Virus genome (UHGV): UHGV-1642993
Direction: 5' to 3' (one strand)
Origin: a virus
DNA: 14,446 nucleotides
The position numbers and the translations under genes are program-made. Shown here in pieces: positions 1-7,711 of this stretch (position 1 is its first letter; the number at the start of each line of letters is the position of its first letter). Below the pieces are notes generated by a model that saw only the letters and a program-made list of their open reading frames with translations, was not told the DNA's origin and did not search any database.

Positions 1-45
1 GGTGCTCTGCTCCCGTGGCGGGTTACTCTGCCTGCCTGACCAGCT

Positions 46-171
46 TCACTTCGTCAATACGGTTCTCACTGCACGCTTACGCTCATCAAACTGATCAAAG
101 AAGTTACCCTCTGCCGCTGGAGTTTCCGGTTGAGGGATGGCTTCATCAAATTGGTCGAAGAAATTCGCCAT
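46..171 (-). CDS. Small hypothetical protein (41 aa) with two perfect copies of the octapeptide NFFDQFDE; below the ORF-track size cutoff
   Basis: ATG at 171-169 sits 5 nt after a canonical SD (minus-strand TAAGGAGGGAGTA-ATG) that overlaps the stop of the upstream gene; TGA stop at 48-46. Translation: MANFFDQFDEAIPQPETPAAEGNFFDQFDERKRAVRTVLTK. The two repeat copies differ at 5 synonymous third positions and no nonsynonymous ones. Confidence 0.45.
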   Translation of the reverse strand: MANFFDQFDEAIPQPETPAAEGNFFDQFDERKRAVRTVLTK

Positions 172-181
172 TACTCCCTCC

Positions 182-1489
182 TTATGGGAGATAGCCGTAT
201 TTAGCTTTGAACTGAGACGCTAATGCCGGGTTTGCTTTCAGTGCCTGGATAGCTGCTTCCGGTGCTTGCCCTGTTGTGCCTGCCTTCTGCTGATCCTTCT
301 GTGATTTCCTTTCTGACACATATGTATCGTATCCCTGCGAGCTGTAGCCCATAGATTCAGCTTCGCGGGCCGCCACCTTTTGCAGTACAGAATATTGGCT
401 GCGAATTTCTCCAAGCTGCTTTTTCACCACGTCAGCTGGTTGTGTAACATCGAGGCGGGCGATCAGGTTTTCGAGCTTGCTTCCTTCTGCGTTCGAAAGT
501 GCTCCCAAGCCTCTGAGCATCTGAACGTTCTGAACGAAAGCGCCAGATTTCAGTTCCTCAATAGCGTTTCTGTTTTCCAGCCCTTCAGCAGAGGTCATGG
601 CGTCAGGGTAGCGACCTTCAACCCGACCGACGCCTGCCAGGTCTCCCTTGTTCATCAGAGAGTCAATCTTCTCGATCCCCCTCTCGCCAGTGATTAGCGC
701 TTCGTTATAGCCGTTATTTCCCTCGAGCCACTTTCTGGCCTGCCCCATTCGTGCTCCGGTTGCTGGCTTACCGGTTAAAGGGTCAATTCCTGTAGAGGCG
801 ATTTGAGAGTTTAACGACAGGGTGTCCATGTCCTGAACGTCGCCGTATTTTTTAAGCGCTGCCTGTGACTGCCTGTATACGTATTTATCGTGATTCAGAC
901 GAGCCATCTGAGCGCCATATGAGAGCTGCTGCCCCTGTCGCGTGGTGGCGTTCTGCATGTCAGCCTGGCGGGCGTCCTCCTTAAGTTCAGCTTCTTTCTG
1001 CTGCGCATCTACCTGCTTCTCAATAGGCATCGTTGCGTACATTGACGCTTTCAACAGGGAGCCGAACTGCTGCGGATCGTTATGAGCCATTTGAATGGCT
1101 TCCTGCGGATCAACCCCAAAGCTCATTAGAGCAGGCTTGTTTTGTTCTATCGCGGTCTGAATCATTGCCGGGTTGCCGGTTGCAGCCGCTATAGATATTT
1201 TGTTGAGCGCCTTATTAACAAACGTAGCGTGCTCGGCATCCTGAATGCCTATCTCTTTCTGGATGAGATCTGCAAACTCAGGATGCTGCATGCGCAGCGC
1301 TGGTAAATCCTCCGGCTTGGCATTCTGCAATGCTGTATATGCGGCCTGTTGCCGCTCCTGCTGCTGTGTCGCTGCATCCATCTCCTGAGAGGTTTGACGA
1401 ATTCCCTGAATTGCCCGCCCAGCAGTCAACCCCTGAAGCAACGCCCTGCCAGTTGATGCAGAGTAATCAATAGGTTCGACAACCATCAT
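182..1489 (-). CDS. Internal virion / DNA-ejection protein, P22 gp20-like by position and size (435 aa)
   Basis: Six-frame ORF with SD (GAGGTGA) before ATG-ATG at 1489; Q/A-rich, predicted helical; third gene after the tail needle, as in P22-like gene order 26-14-7-20-16. Assignment is by synteny and composition, not by recalled sequence identity. Confidence 0.6.
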   Translation of the reverse strand: MMVVEPIDYSASTGRALLQGLTAGRAIQGIRQTSQEMDAATQQQERQQAAYTALQNAKPEDLPALRMQHPEFADLIQKEIGIQDAEHATFVNKALNKISIAAATGNPAMIQTAIEQNKPALMSFGVDPQEAIQMAHNDPQQFGSLLKASMYATMPIEKQVDAQQKEAELKEDARQADMQNATTRQGQQLSYGAQMARLNHDKYVYRQSQAALKKYGDVQDMDTLSLNSQIASTGIDPLTGKPATGARMGQARKWLEGNNGYNEALITGERGIEKIDSLMNKGDLAGVGRVEGRYPDAMTSAEGLENRNAIEELKSGAFVQNVQMLRGLGALSNAEGSKLENLIARLDVTQPADVVKKQLGEIRSQYSVLQKVAAREAESMGYSSQGYDTYVSERKSQKDQQKAGTTGQAPEAAIQALKANPALASQFKAKYGYLP

Positions 1490-1502
1490 TCACCTCTAAT
1501 AT

Positions 1503-2099
1503 TTAGAAGAAGCCAGAGGCCACGCCACCAATTTGCATCAGCGAGTTGAAGCCAGATTGCGCCTTACCTGCTTTTGACGCGCCAATCTGGGCCATGTTAT
1601 TGCCATAGGCACTGGAGTAATCTCCAGCGGCGGCGTTGTTAGCACCTGCAGCTGACAGGCCGACGTTAGTCAGACCTAAAAGTTGCCCATACATATTATT
1701 CTGCTGATTGGTCATCATGTTCAGGTAGTTCTGTCCGAGTTGCGGCGCGATTGAACCGAGTAAATTACCCGTTGCCGTAGAGCCGAGACCTCCTGTTGCC
1801 TGTGCGGAGCGTAGAATGCTATTGCGAGCCTGATCTTCCTGCATCCGGTATTCTGGAGATGAAAAGTAATTAGACAAAGATAGATTTCTGTCGATTGGCT
1901 GACCAGCAATCCCCTGCAATCCCTTTAATCCAGAAAGACCAGCATTCAGGAATGGCTCATTTGTTTTTTTCTGATCCTGATAGATATTCCACGCCATTTG
2001 GTTGGAATCTCTCGCCGCACCAACCTGAGCGTCTGCGGCTTTATTGGCCCCGGTAATGCCGCCAACGACAGAATTTAGTGCTTTGCCGACAAAGCTCAT
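1503..2099 (-). CDS. Internal virion / DNA-ejection protein, P22 gp7-like by position (198 aa, Gly/Asn/Ala/Gln-rich)
   Basis: ORF start overlaps the upstream gene stop by 4 nt (2096-2099); low-complexity G/N/A/Q-rich sequence typical of ejection proteins; syntenic position. Confidence 0.55.
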   Translation of the reverse strand: MSFVGKALNSVVGGITGANKAADAQVGAARDSNQMAWNIYQDQKKTNEPFLNAGLSGLKGLQGIAGQPIDRNLSLSNYFSSPEYRMQEDQARNSILRSAQATGGLGSTATGNLLGSIAPQLGQNYLNMMTNQQNNMYGQLLGLTNVGLSAAGANNAAAGDYSSAYGNNMAQIGASKAGKAQSGFNSLMQIGGVASGFF

Positions 2100-2464
2100 A
2101 CGTACCTCACCATTTTAATTACGTTTGTTACGGTTCCATCGAGACGAGCGCCATCAAATTCGCATTCGTGCTCGAATCCCATTTTTCTTGCCAGGTTAGA
2201 GACGCGCCTGTATTGCTCTTCGATAAGCGCGTGAATTTCACGGTTACCGATTAATGCCAGCACATTAGAAACAGCATCCCGGCATCGGTGGCGTTCACCC
2301 GGTTTCATTGCCATGTGCAGGTCTACGTGGTCACCAAAATCCATACAGACGAAGACGCCGACGCCGTTCCAGAGCAGATGGTCACCTTCAACGAGGGGAA
2401 ACGATGGCACACCCCACAGGCGCATTAATCCCTGCCCGGTGAGAGCATCAATTTTTGTGAGCAT
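2096..2464 (-). CDS. Hypothetical virion-assembly protein in the gene-14 position (122 aa)
   Basis: ORF lies directly after the tail-needle gene (2-nt gap) and is coupled to the next gene by a 4-nt overlap; Cys/His-containing, no family recognised by eye. Confidence 0.5.
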   Translation of the reverse strand: MLTKIDALTGQGLMRLWGVPSFPLVEGDHLLWNGVGVFVCMDFGDHVDLHMAMKPGERHRCRDAVSNVLALIGNREIHALIEEQYRRVSNLARKMGFEHECEFDGARLDGTVTNVIKMVRYV

Positions 2465-2466
2465 GA

Positions 2467-3312
2467 TTACTGTTCCGCGATAATTTTGATGGTCGTGGCA
2501 GTGAATGCCGCGCCATTAGCCTTGATTGTTAACGTGCTGCCATTTGTTGCAAGGAAGCCGTTTTTATCAACGCTGAAGAATGTTGAAAGAAGGATATTGC
2601 TGGTAGTCGTTGCGGCATTTCTACTGTCTACCAACGTATCAGGAACCGCGCCAGAGAAGGTTAACTGCATTGATCGGTTAGTTGTTCCACCTGGGAATGT
2701 CCCAACGAGAGAGAGTTTAAAATTTAAAGTCTTGTTCTCGTTGTATACGATCATCTTGTCTGATGTAGTATTGAAGAATGGAGCAAGCGTTCCTGATGTA
2801 GGGGTTAACGCCTTAAGCATCGTAATCAGGTTTGTTGCGGTGGTAGGAATAACCTGTGATATTCCAGTGTAAATAACCTCCGATTTCTTACGTGTGGTGG
2901 CATACTCCAGAGCATCAATACGTGTTTCGTGATCAGCAACCTGTGTTTCAAGGCTAGTTACCCGTGTATCAAGCGATGATATGTTGCTCTCATTCTGGGT
3001 AATCCTAATCTCATGATCGGCTATCGAAACTTCAGCAGCACTAATGCGAGTTTCATGGTCAGCCAGTGTTACTTCTGCTGATGATATACGCTGCTCGTGA
3101 TCGGCAAGAGTGACATCCTGTTCATCGTTCTTAACCTGAGCGTCGTATGCCCCCTGACCAGCATCGTTGGCTTTATTGGCTACGTTGGTGAAGTCAAGCG
3201 CCTGAGACAGAATGTACTGCTGATAGGTTGGAGACAGGCCAATCGGTAGCGTTGATGCGCTAATCCTGATGGCGCTTACGCGAACCGGTGTTTTTAGTGA
3301 GTCATCAGCCAT
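2467..3312 (-). CDS. Tail needle protein (P22 gp26 family) with trimeric coiled-coil repeats and a C-terminal knob-like domain (281 aa)
   Basis: N-terminus (MADDSLKTPV..., KANDAGQGAYDAQVKNDEQDV) matches my recollection of P22 gp26; five tandem 14-residue repeats (VTLADHEQRISSAE-like) follow; a ~130-residue Thr/Asn-rich C-terminal extension is absent from the 233-aa P22 needle and resembles the knob of Sf6-type needles. Start shares 1 nt with the gp10-like stop. Confidence 0.8.
   Translation of the reverse strand: MADDSLKTPVRVSAIRISASTLPIGLSPTYQQYILSQALDFTNVANKANDAGQGAYDAQVKNDEQDVTLADHEQRISSAEVTLADHETRISAAEVSIADHEIRITQNESNISSLDTRVTSLETQVADHETRIDALEYATTRKKSEVIYTGISQVIPTTATNLITMLKALTPTSGTLAPFFNTTSDKMIVYNENKTLNFKLSLVGTFPGGTTNRSMQLTFSGAVPDTLVDSRNAATTTSNILLSTFFSVDKNGFLATNGSTLTIKANGAAFTATTIKIIAEQ
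2905..3114 (-). repeat. Five tandem 42-bp (14-codon) repeats encoding the coiled-coil shaft of the tail needle
   Basis: Protein repeats VTLADHEQRISSAE / VTLADHETRISAAE / VSIADHEIRITQNE / SNISSLDTRVTSLE / TQVADHETRIDALE; matching DNA periodicity (…cgtgatcagc…, …catgatcggc…, …catggtcagc…, …cgtgatcggc…). Confidence 0.6.
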
Positions 3313-4730
3313 TACTCAATCCTCACCGATAAACCGGAAAGCGTCACGGGCGACTTTGTTATCACCCTGAACTTAAAGGCGATGTTCTTTCTGACACGCC
3401 CTACATTTCGCCATATTGCCCGCTGGTCGTATCGGAATGGCGCATTCCATGGAATGAGTTGCTCACGACCAAAGTTGATACCATCCGTCATGGCAGAGAT
3501 AAACATTCGGTCTGCGGTCTGCGCTACTCCTGTTGCTGATTCAAGCTCAAGGTCAAACAACAATGCGTTATCGGCTTTGATAAGTGGCGTATACAACAGG
3601 TGCTCTTGTTGTTTTCCGTATTGACTACTTATTGCCGTATTCAGTTGCCCGGTCACCGCTTCCAGTTTGTCGCCGCAGGTTATCTGATTTCCTTCGAACA
3701 TAAAGTCGATGCCGCGATAAACATCATCATAAAGTCCGGTTTTCAGCACTGACCACTGCGGTCCGTTCTGGCTTGATGATGCGTCATATACGAGCACGTG
3801 ACGTGGAAGATGGATAATCAGCAATTCATGTGAGTCGAAGCGCAAAGGCTCCATAACTGCTGTTGCCAGTTCATCAGCCGTGTACTCACGCAGTGTCTTT
3901 TCAATCAGCGCGGTAGATATTGGCTTTGCTTCACCGGAATCAACGATACAGACAGAAGGTGCACCCGTTGCCTGGTTGGTAATAATTGCGAACGAGCCAA
4001 GGAATGCGCATTTGCAGAACATGCCCGCAATGCCTTTTGGTACCATGTACGCCGGGTTAGCAACGTAGATTGCGCCAGTCTGACCGTCATTTCCCGTCAG
4101 TGAGAAGTACTCGATGGTGGTCGTGCCAAAACAGACGATGAAATCACGCCACGCAGCAATTCCGACAATGCCATCTGGTTGGGACTCTGCCCGCATCATT
4201 GCGCCATAGCGATCCGGGTGTGACTCATCCTGAAGGTCGGAGATAAACCACGAGTCAGTGCCTGATTTCGTCCAGGCATAGTTACCCCGTGACTGACAAA
4301 TGTCACCTGCACTGCCTAATTCATATTGCAGATATCCGCTATTAGCAGGCCAGTTTGTTACCGTTTTAGTTGTGCCGTCATAGAGGTACTGAATCACCTG
4401 ACCGCCGACAACAACAGTCTGACTTGTCCGACTATGCGCCATCGGTACGCGACCGATTCCAGATACGCTGCCGACCTCAGCAGAGCCGCGATACAACTTG
4501 CCACCGCAGACGCGATATACAGCATTCTGAGAGGTGTTGTACTGCGCACCGCGCGATACTCCCGCCACATCTCCACGCTTCTCTATGCCCGGCATAGAGC
4601 GAAGATATCCAGACGCATTCATCACTTCTTTCGCTACTGCCAGCATATTGACTGGAAGCATGTCGATGTAATCAGCGTCTTTCGCGCTTTTACCAAGTCC
4701 ACGCATCAGTGGGATTTGCTGGGTTGGCAT
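3312..4730 (-). CDS. Tail hub / head-completion protein, P22 gp10 homolog (472 aa)
   Basis: Same length as P22 gp10 and extensive recalled similarity (NAVYRVCGGKLY, DSWFI.DL.DESHPDRY, HELLIIHLPRHVLVYDASSSQNGPQW, VITKSPVTLSG); syntenic between the gp4-like and needle genes. Confidence 0.9.
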   Translation of the reverse strand: MPTQQIPLMRGLGKSAKDADYIDMLPVNMLAVAKEVMNASGYLRSMPGIEKRGDVAGVSRGAQYNTSQNAVYRVCGGKLYRGSAEVGSVSGIGRVPMAHSRTSQTVVVGGQVIQYLYDGTTKTVTNWPANSGYLQYELGSAGDICQSRGNYAWTKSGTDSWFISDLQDESHPDRYGAMMRAESQPDGIVGIAAWRDFIVCFGTTTIEYFSLTGNDGQTGAIYVANPAYMVPKGIAGMFCKCAFLGSFAIITNQATGAPSVCIVDSGEAKPISTALIEKTLREYTADELATAVMEPLRFDSHELLIIHLPRHVLVYDASSSQNGPQWSVLKTGLYDDVYRGIDFMFEGNQITCGDKLEAVTGQLNTAISSQYGKQQEHLLYTPLIKADNALLFDLELESATGVAQTADRMFISAMTDGINFGREQLIPWNAPFRYDQRAIWRNVGRVRKNIAFKFRVITKSPVTLSGLSVRIE

Positions 4731-4738
4731 AAATTACC

Positions 4739-5200
4739 TCATGTTGCCGGGTCGTCTTTCTCGATGTAAAAACGGTTCCATGTGAATGCTGATTTGTTAC
4801 CTGAACCTCGAGGCATGTCGTTACGGCGTTCGAGTGGCGGAACGGTGATTAGAGCGATGCAGATTGTCTGATATGCGTCGTCAGCTGCGGTTAACAGGCC
4901 ATCAGGAGCAGGTCGCAGGTTGTCCATGCAGATTTGAACGGCGAGTTTCAGTGATACACCGTCGTTAGCCCACGCTGGAATGCCGGAATCATCATCTGGA
5001 TGTGGCATAACTCCATTTGCTGAGTCTGCAAACTGGTATCCAATTTCAATGCCTTTAACCTGCCACGCAGCCATCATGTCTTCGAGGTCGTTAATAGCAT
5101 CCTCTATAGACTGCGGCTCTGCATCGGTAAGCGTAGCTTTGGAATAAAGACCGGCTTTTCTCAGCGCTTTGAGGACTAAATCACCCTTTGTCTTCGCCAT
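4739..5200 (-). CDS. Tail accessory / head-completion protein, P22 gp4 homolog (153 aa)
   Basis: N-terminus KTKGDLVLKALRK...ATLTD.EPQS..DA..DLE.MMA.W and a C-terminal MPRGSGN motif resemble P22 gp4 as recalled; SD (AAAGGCGGA) before the ATG. Confidence 0.8.
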   Translation of the reverse strand: MAKTKGDLVLKALRKAGLYSKATLTDAEPQSIEDAINDLEDMMAAWQVKGIEIGYQFADSANGVMPHPDDDSGIPAWANDGVSLKLAVQICMDNLRPAPDGLLTAADDAYQTICIALITVPPLERRNDMPRGSGNKSAFTWNRFYIEKDDPAT

Positions 5201-5405
5201 TTTGTTCCGCCTTTGGTTTTGGCCCTGGCTTCTTCTTTGCTGCTGGCTCTGGCTCTGGCTCTGGCAGGACAGTATCGTCTGGATGCTTCACCCAGCCTTT
5301 ATCCAGATGCTCATCCACATCATCCTCATCAACAATGATGTAATCCAGCGAGTGAGGGCCGCAGGTTATCATCGAGCCAAGCTTATAAAGCATTATTTGA
5401 GACAT
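5181..5405 (-). CDS. Small acidic hypothetical protein with PEPEPEP and a Lys/Pro-rich tail (74 aa)
   Basis: ATG at 5405 preceded by GGGAG; sits directly after the coat-gene terminator hairpin; 3' end overlaps the gp4-like start by 20 nt. No recognisable domain. Confidence 0.5.
   Translation of the reverse strand: MSQIMLYKLGSMITCGPHSLDYIIVDEDDVDEHLDKGWVKHPDDTVLPEPEPEPAAKKKPGPKPKAEQNGEDKG
5243..5266. repeat. Hexanucleotide tandem repeat (CTGGCT)x3 plus one variant unit, in frame within the 74-aa ORF
   Basis: Plus strand ctggct-ctggct-ctggct-ctggca; encodes PEPEPEPA on the minus strand. Confidence 0.7.
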
Positions 5406-5416
5406 TGCGTTCTCCC

Positions 5417-5441
5417 AAAAAAGAAGGGGCCGAAGCCCCTT
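5417..5441 (-). terminator. Intrinsic terminator / attenuator directly after the coat gene
   Basis: Minus-strand transcript: AAGGGGC-UUCG-GCCCCUU (7-bp GC-rich stem, UUCG tetraloop) followed by CUUUUUU; begins 3 nt after the coat TAA stop. Confidence 0.65.
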
Positions 5442-5444
5442 AGA

Positions 5445-6704
5445 TTACTGGTTAGCCAGTACCAGGCCGGTAAACTCTGGAACCAATACACTTGCGCCAG
5501 CCAGCGTGGTGAATCGCGTCCACGTCTTACCTGCTTTGGCATCGAACTGGTAAGCCATGATGATGGTCGCCCCCTGCTCGGTAGTTGCCGTCATAACCTG
5601 CGGGCCCTGCCCGGTCGGGAATGCCAGCTTGCCGTACATCAGCTCTACAGAGCCCTCAGCAAAGAAGATGTTGGAAGCCGCAGCCTTCTTGTTGAGAATG
5701 GTGATCGCCGCGTTATTCGCCGGATTGGCGGTAACGTTCTGGTAAGGAATAGACGGCGCATCAGCGTTGTTTGGTGGCAGAATTTTCGGGCTGATGGTAA
5801 CGGTGGTGCCATTTACCGCCAGGACGCGGAATACCTGCGACTGGCCTGTATCCACCTTCTTGATCATGTGGACACTATTAACGCCTGCGATAGTGAATGC
5901 ATCACCAACAGCCAGCACGCCAGCAGTAGACACGGTGATGTCGCCCTGACGGTTATCAGTAGGTGCGCCGTTGGAGTCCATTGCGGTAACTTTATGCGCT
6001 ACTGCGCCACCAAGAGTTACGGCGGTGGCAGAACCTGCCTTCATCGCGCCAGCATAATCAACACGGAAGCTGTCGAAGGATGCCACAGGTGGGATCTGAG
6101 CTTTCTCATACGCCGTCAGCGTTGCGCCAACTGCATATGCGCGAGAGCCAAGCTCTTTAGCCAGGTCTTTGTAGTTGAACGGGTTGTAGAACGCTTTGCG
6201 CTGCCCACCCTGCGGCACACCAATAGAGAGCATCATTGCGTCAATGCCTGCAGATGCGTTCCAGAGGTCTTCGCCGAGAGTATTGCCGGTTGATGCCGAA
6301 CCAATGGTGACCATGTTGGTAGCGCGGGCGGCCACCTCATCGACGATCAGGTTATCAACCCACGCTGCCAGCTGACGACCCGCCGCTTTACCAGCTTGCT
6401 CCTTATGCCATGGATCGCGCATTTCTTTTGCGTCCAGCTCGTAGATAACGTTTTCTGGCTCGCGGAAACGCACAGGTACCTGACGCTGAACGAGTGAGTT
6501 TGCAGTTGCTGCGGTCAGATCTAGGCCGCTAACGGTTTTCAGATGGTAACCTTGAGGGCGATAAACTACGTCGCCTGCGCGTTGCATTTCAGTGTCGCCC
6601 GGGCGGAACTTGCTGCACTCACGGGATACTACGTTTGATGCCTCGAATCCATCAATGACGTTTTCAAATAGGATTTCAAGGTCTTTAGTTAACTGATTAG
6701 GCAT
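5445..6704 (-). CDS. Major capsid (coat) protein, P22-like phage of non-P22 sequence type (419 aa)
   Basis: Large ORF directly after the scaffold gene with SD (CGGAGC) and an A-rich leader, followed by a terminator; size fits Sf6/CUS-3-type coat proteins. Not similar to the P22 coat sequence as I recall it, so the call rests on synteny. Confidence 0.75.
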   Translation of the reverse strand: MPNQLTKDLEILFENVIDGFEASNVVSRECSKFRPGDTEMQRAGDVVYRPQGYHLKTVSGLDLTAATANSLVQRQVPVRFREPENVIYELDAKEMRDPWHKEQAGKAAGRQLAAWVDNLIVDEVAARATNMVTIGSASTGNTLGEDLWNASAGIDAMMLSIGVPQGGQRKAFYNPFNYKDLAKELGSRAYAVGATLTAYEKAQIPPVASFDSFRVDYAGAMKAGSATAVTLGGAVAHKVTAMDSNGAPTDNRQGDITVSTAGVLAVGDAFTIAGVNSVHMIKKVDTGQSQVFRVLAVNGTTVTISPKILPPNNADAPSIPYQNVTANPANNAAITILNKKAAASNIFFAEGSVELMYGKLAFPTGQGPQVMTATTEQGATIIMAYQFDAKAGKTWTRFTTLAGASVLVPEFTGLVLANQ

Positions 6705-6724
6705 ACTTTTTTAGCTCCGATGGA

Positions 6725-7621
6725 TTATTTTTTAGCTTTATTCTTCGCCGCTCGGTATGCGGTGTAATCACCGGTGGCGCGCGCTTTTTCGAGAAGTTTG
6801 TCGAGATTATTAATTGCAGCGCCATTGCTCCCTTTAACCTCAGGAGTGGTAGCGGCTGTTGTTTTTGCTTTAGGCATGATTCTGGCCTTTGATTCGATAC
6901 GTTCCAGCAGACGACCAATTGCTACGGGGTTGGTAGCTTCTGCCAGTTGCTTGCGCAGTTCAGCGTTGCGACCAAGCGCCAGAACAACGATTTCCGGCTT
7001 CTCTGACTCAAACAGGATCGAGTTTTGTGTCTCGATGGGGATTTCCTCGAGTACGGCCTGCTCAGCTTCCTGATAGCCAGGAACTTTGAGAGCCTTAACA
7101 CGTTGCTGATATTTGGATAATCGCTGTTGATAGGCAGCCTGAAGCTCCTGCTCCTTCTGCTTGCGAGCCATCTCCTGTTGCTGGTACTTGCCGTTATCCT
7201 CTGCCCACTTAGCCATGCGTTGCTGGTAGATTTCTTCATCGAAACCGATGTCCTCATCGTCCAGTTTTGGCATTCGCGGTGGTTGAGTGATTACCGGCTG
7301 CTGCTCGACGGGTTTCTGAGACTGACGCATCAGCTCTTTCAGCTCGCGGTCTTTCTCTTTAATCGTCTTGCGCAGGTGTTTTACCAGTCCATGCTCTGCG
7401 CTATCTTCGCTGGTTGGCGAATCCAGCTTTTCGTCACCAAAGTAGAATTCCTGTTCTGATTCGTCGTCATCAGTTTCAGTAGCTTCCTCTGCATCATTGC
7501 CAGAGGACTCACTGCCATCTTCTGTTTCGACTTCTTCAGCCAGTTCGACATCATCAGGAATCTGCTCTGACGCGTCGGTTTCGATTTCAACTTCTGGTGT
7601 GTTTTCTGCCATCTGTTCCAT
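6725..7621 (-). CDS. Scaffolding protein (298 aa)
   Basis: Between portal and coat genes; strongly acidic N-terminus, central charged helical/coiled-coil region (KEKDRELKELMRQ..., QQEMARKQKEQELQAAYQQRLSKYQQRVKALK), basic C-terminal helix-turn-helix-like end (GDYTAYRAAKNKAKK) resembling the coat-binding end of P22 gp8. Confidence 0.75.
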   Translation of the reverse strand: MEQMAENTPEVEIETDASEQIPDDVELAEEVETEDGSESSGNDAEEATETDDDESEQEFYFGDEKLDSPTSEDSAEHGLVKHLRKTIKEKDRELKELMRQSQKPVEQQPVITQPPRMPKLDDEDIGFDEEIYQQRMAKWAEDNGKYQQQEMARKQKEQELQAAYQQRLSKYQQRVKALKVPGYQEAEQAVLEEIPIETQNSILFESEKPEIVVLALGRNAELRKQLAEATNPVAIGRLLERIESKARIMPKAKTTAATTPEVKGSNGAAINNLDKLLEKARATGDYTAYRAAKNKAKK

Positions 7622-7711
7622 TTGTTACCCCTGTTTACTCGATGTTCAGCCCATCGGAAGGCAATAGGGTGCCAGGCCTCATAAAGACAGCCATTGCACG
7701 TTATGGGTTAA

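Noticed and set aside
1-45. Continuation of the 41-aa ORF into a long gp16-like protein
   Set aside because: All three minus-strand frames hit a stop between 46 and 60 or lack a start codon; the GGGAG at 32-28 suggests instead that the next gene starts just outside the window.
5169-6293. 374-aa plus-strand ORF
   Set aside because: Entirely antisense to the coat gene and the PEPEPEP ORF; its W/L/C-rich N-terminus (LWFWPWLLLCCWLWLWLW) is the reverse-frame shadow of the hexanucleotide repeat; no RBS context; no other plus-strand genes in the operon.
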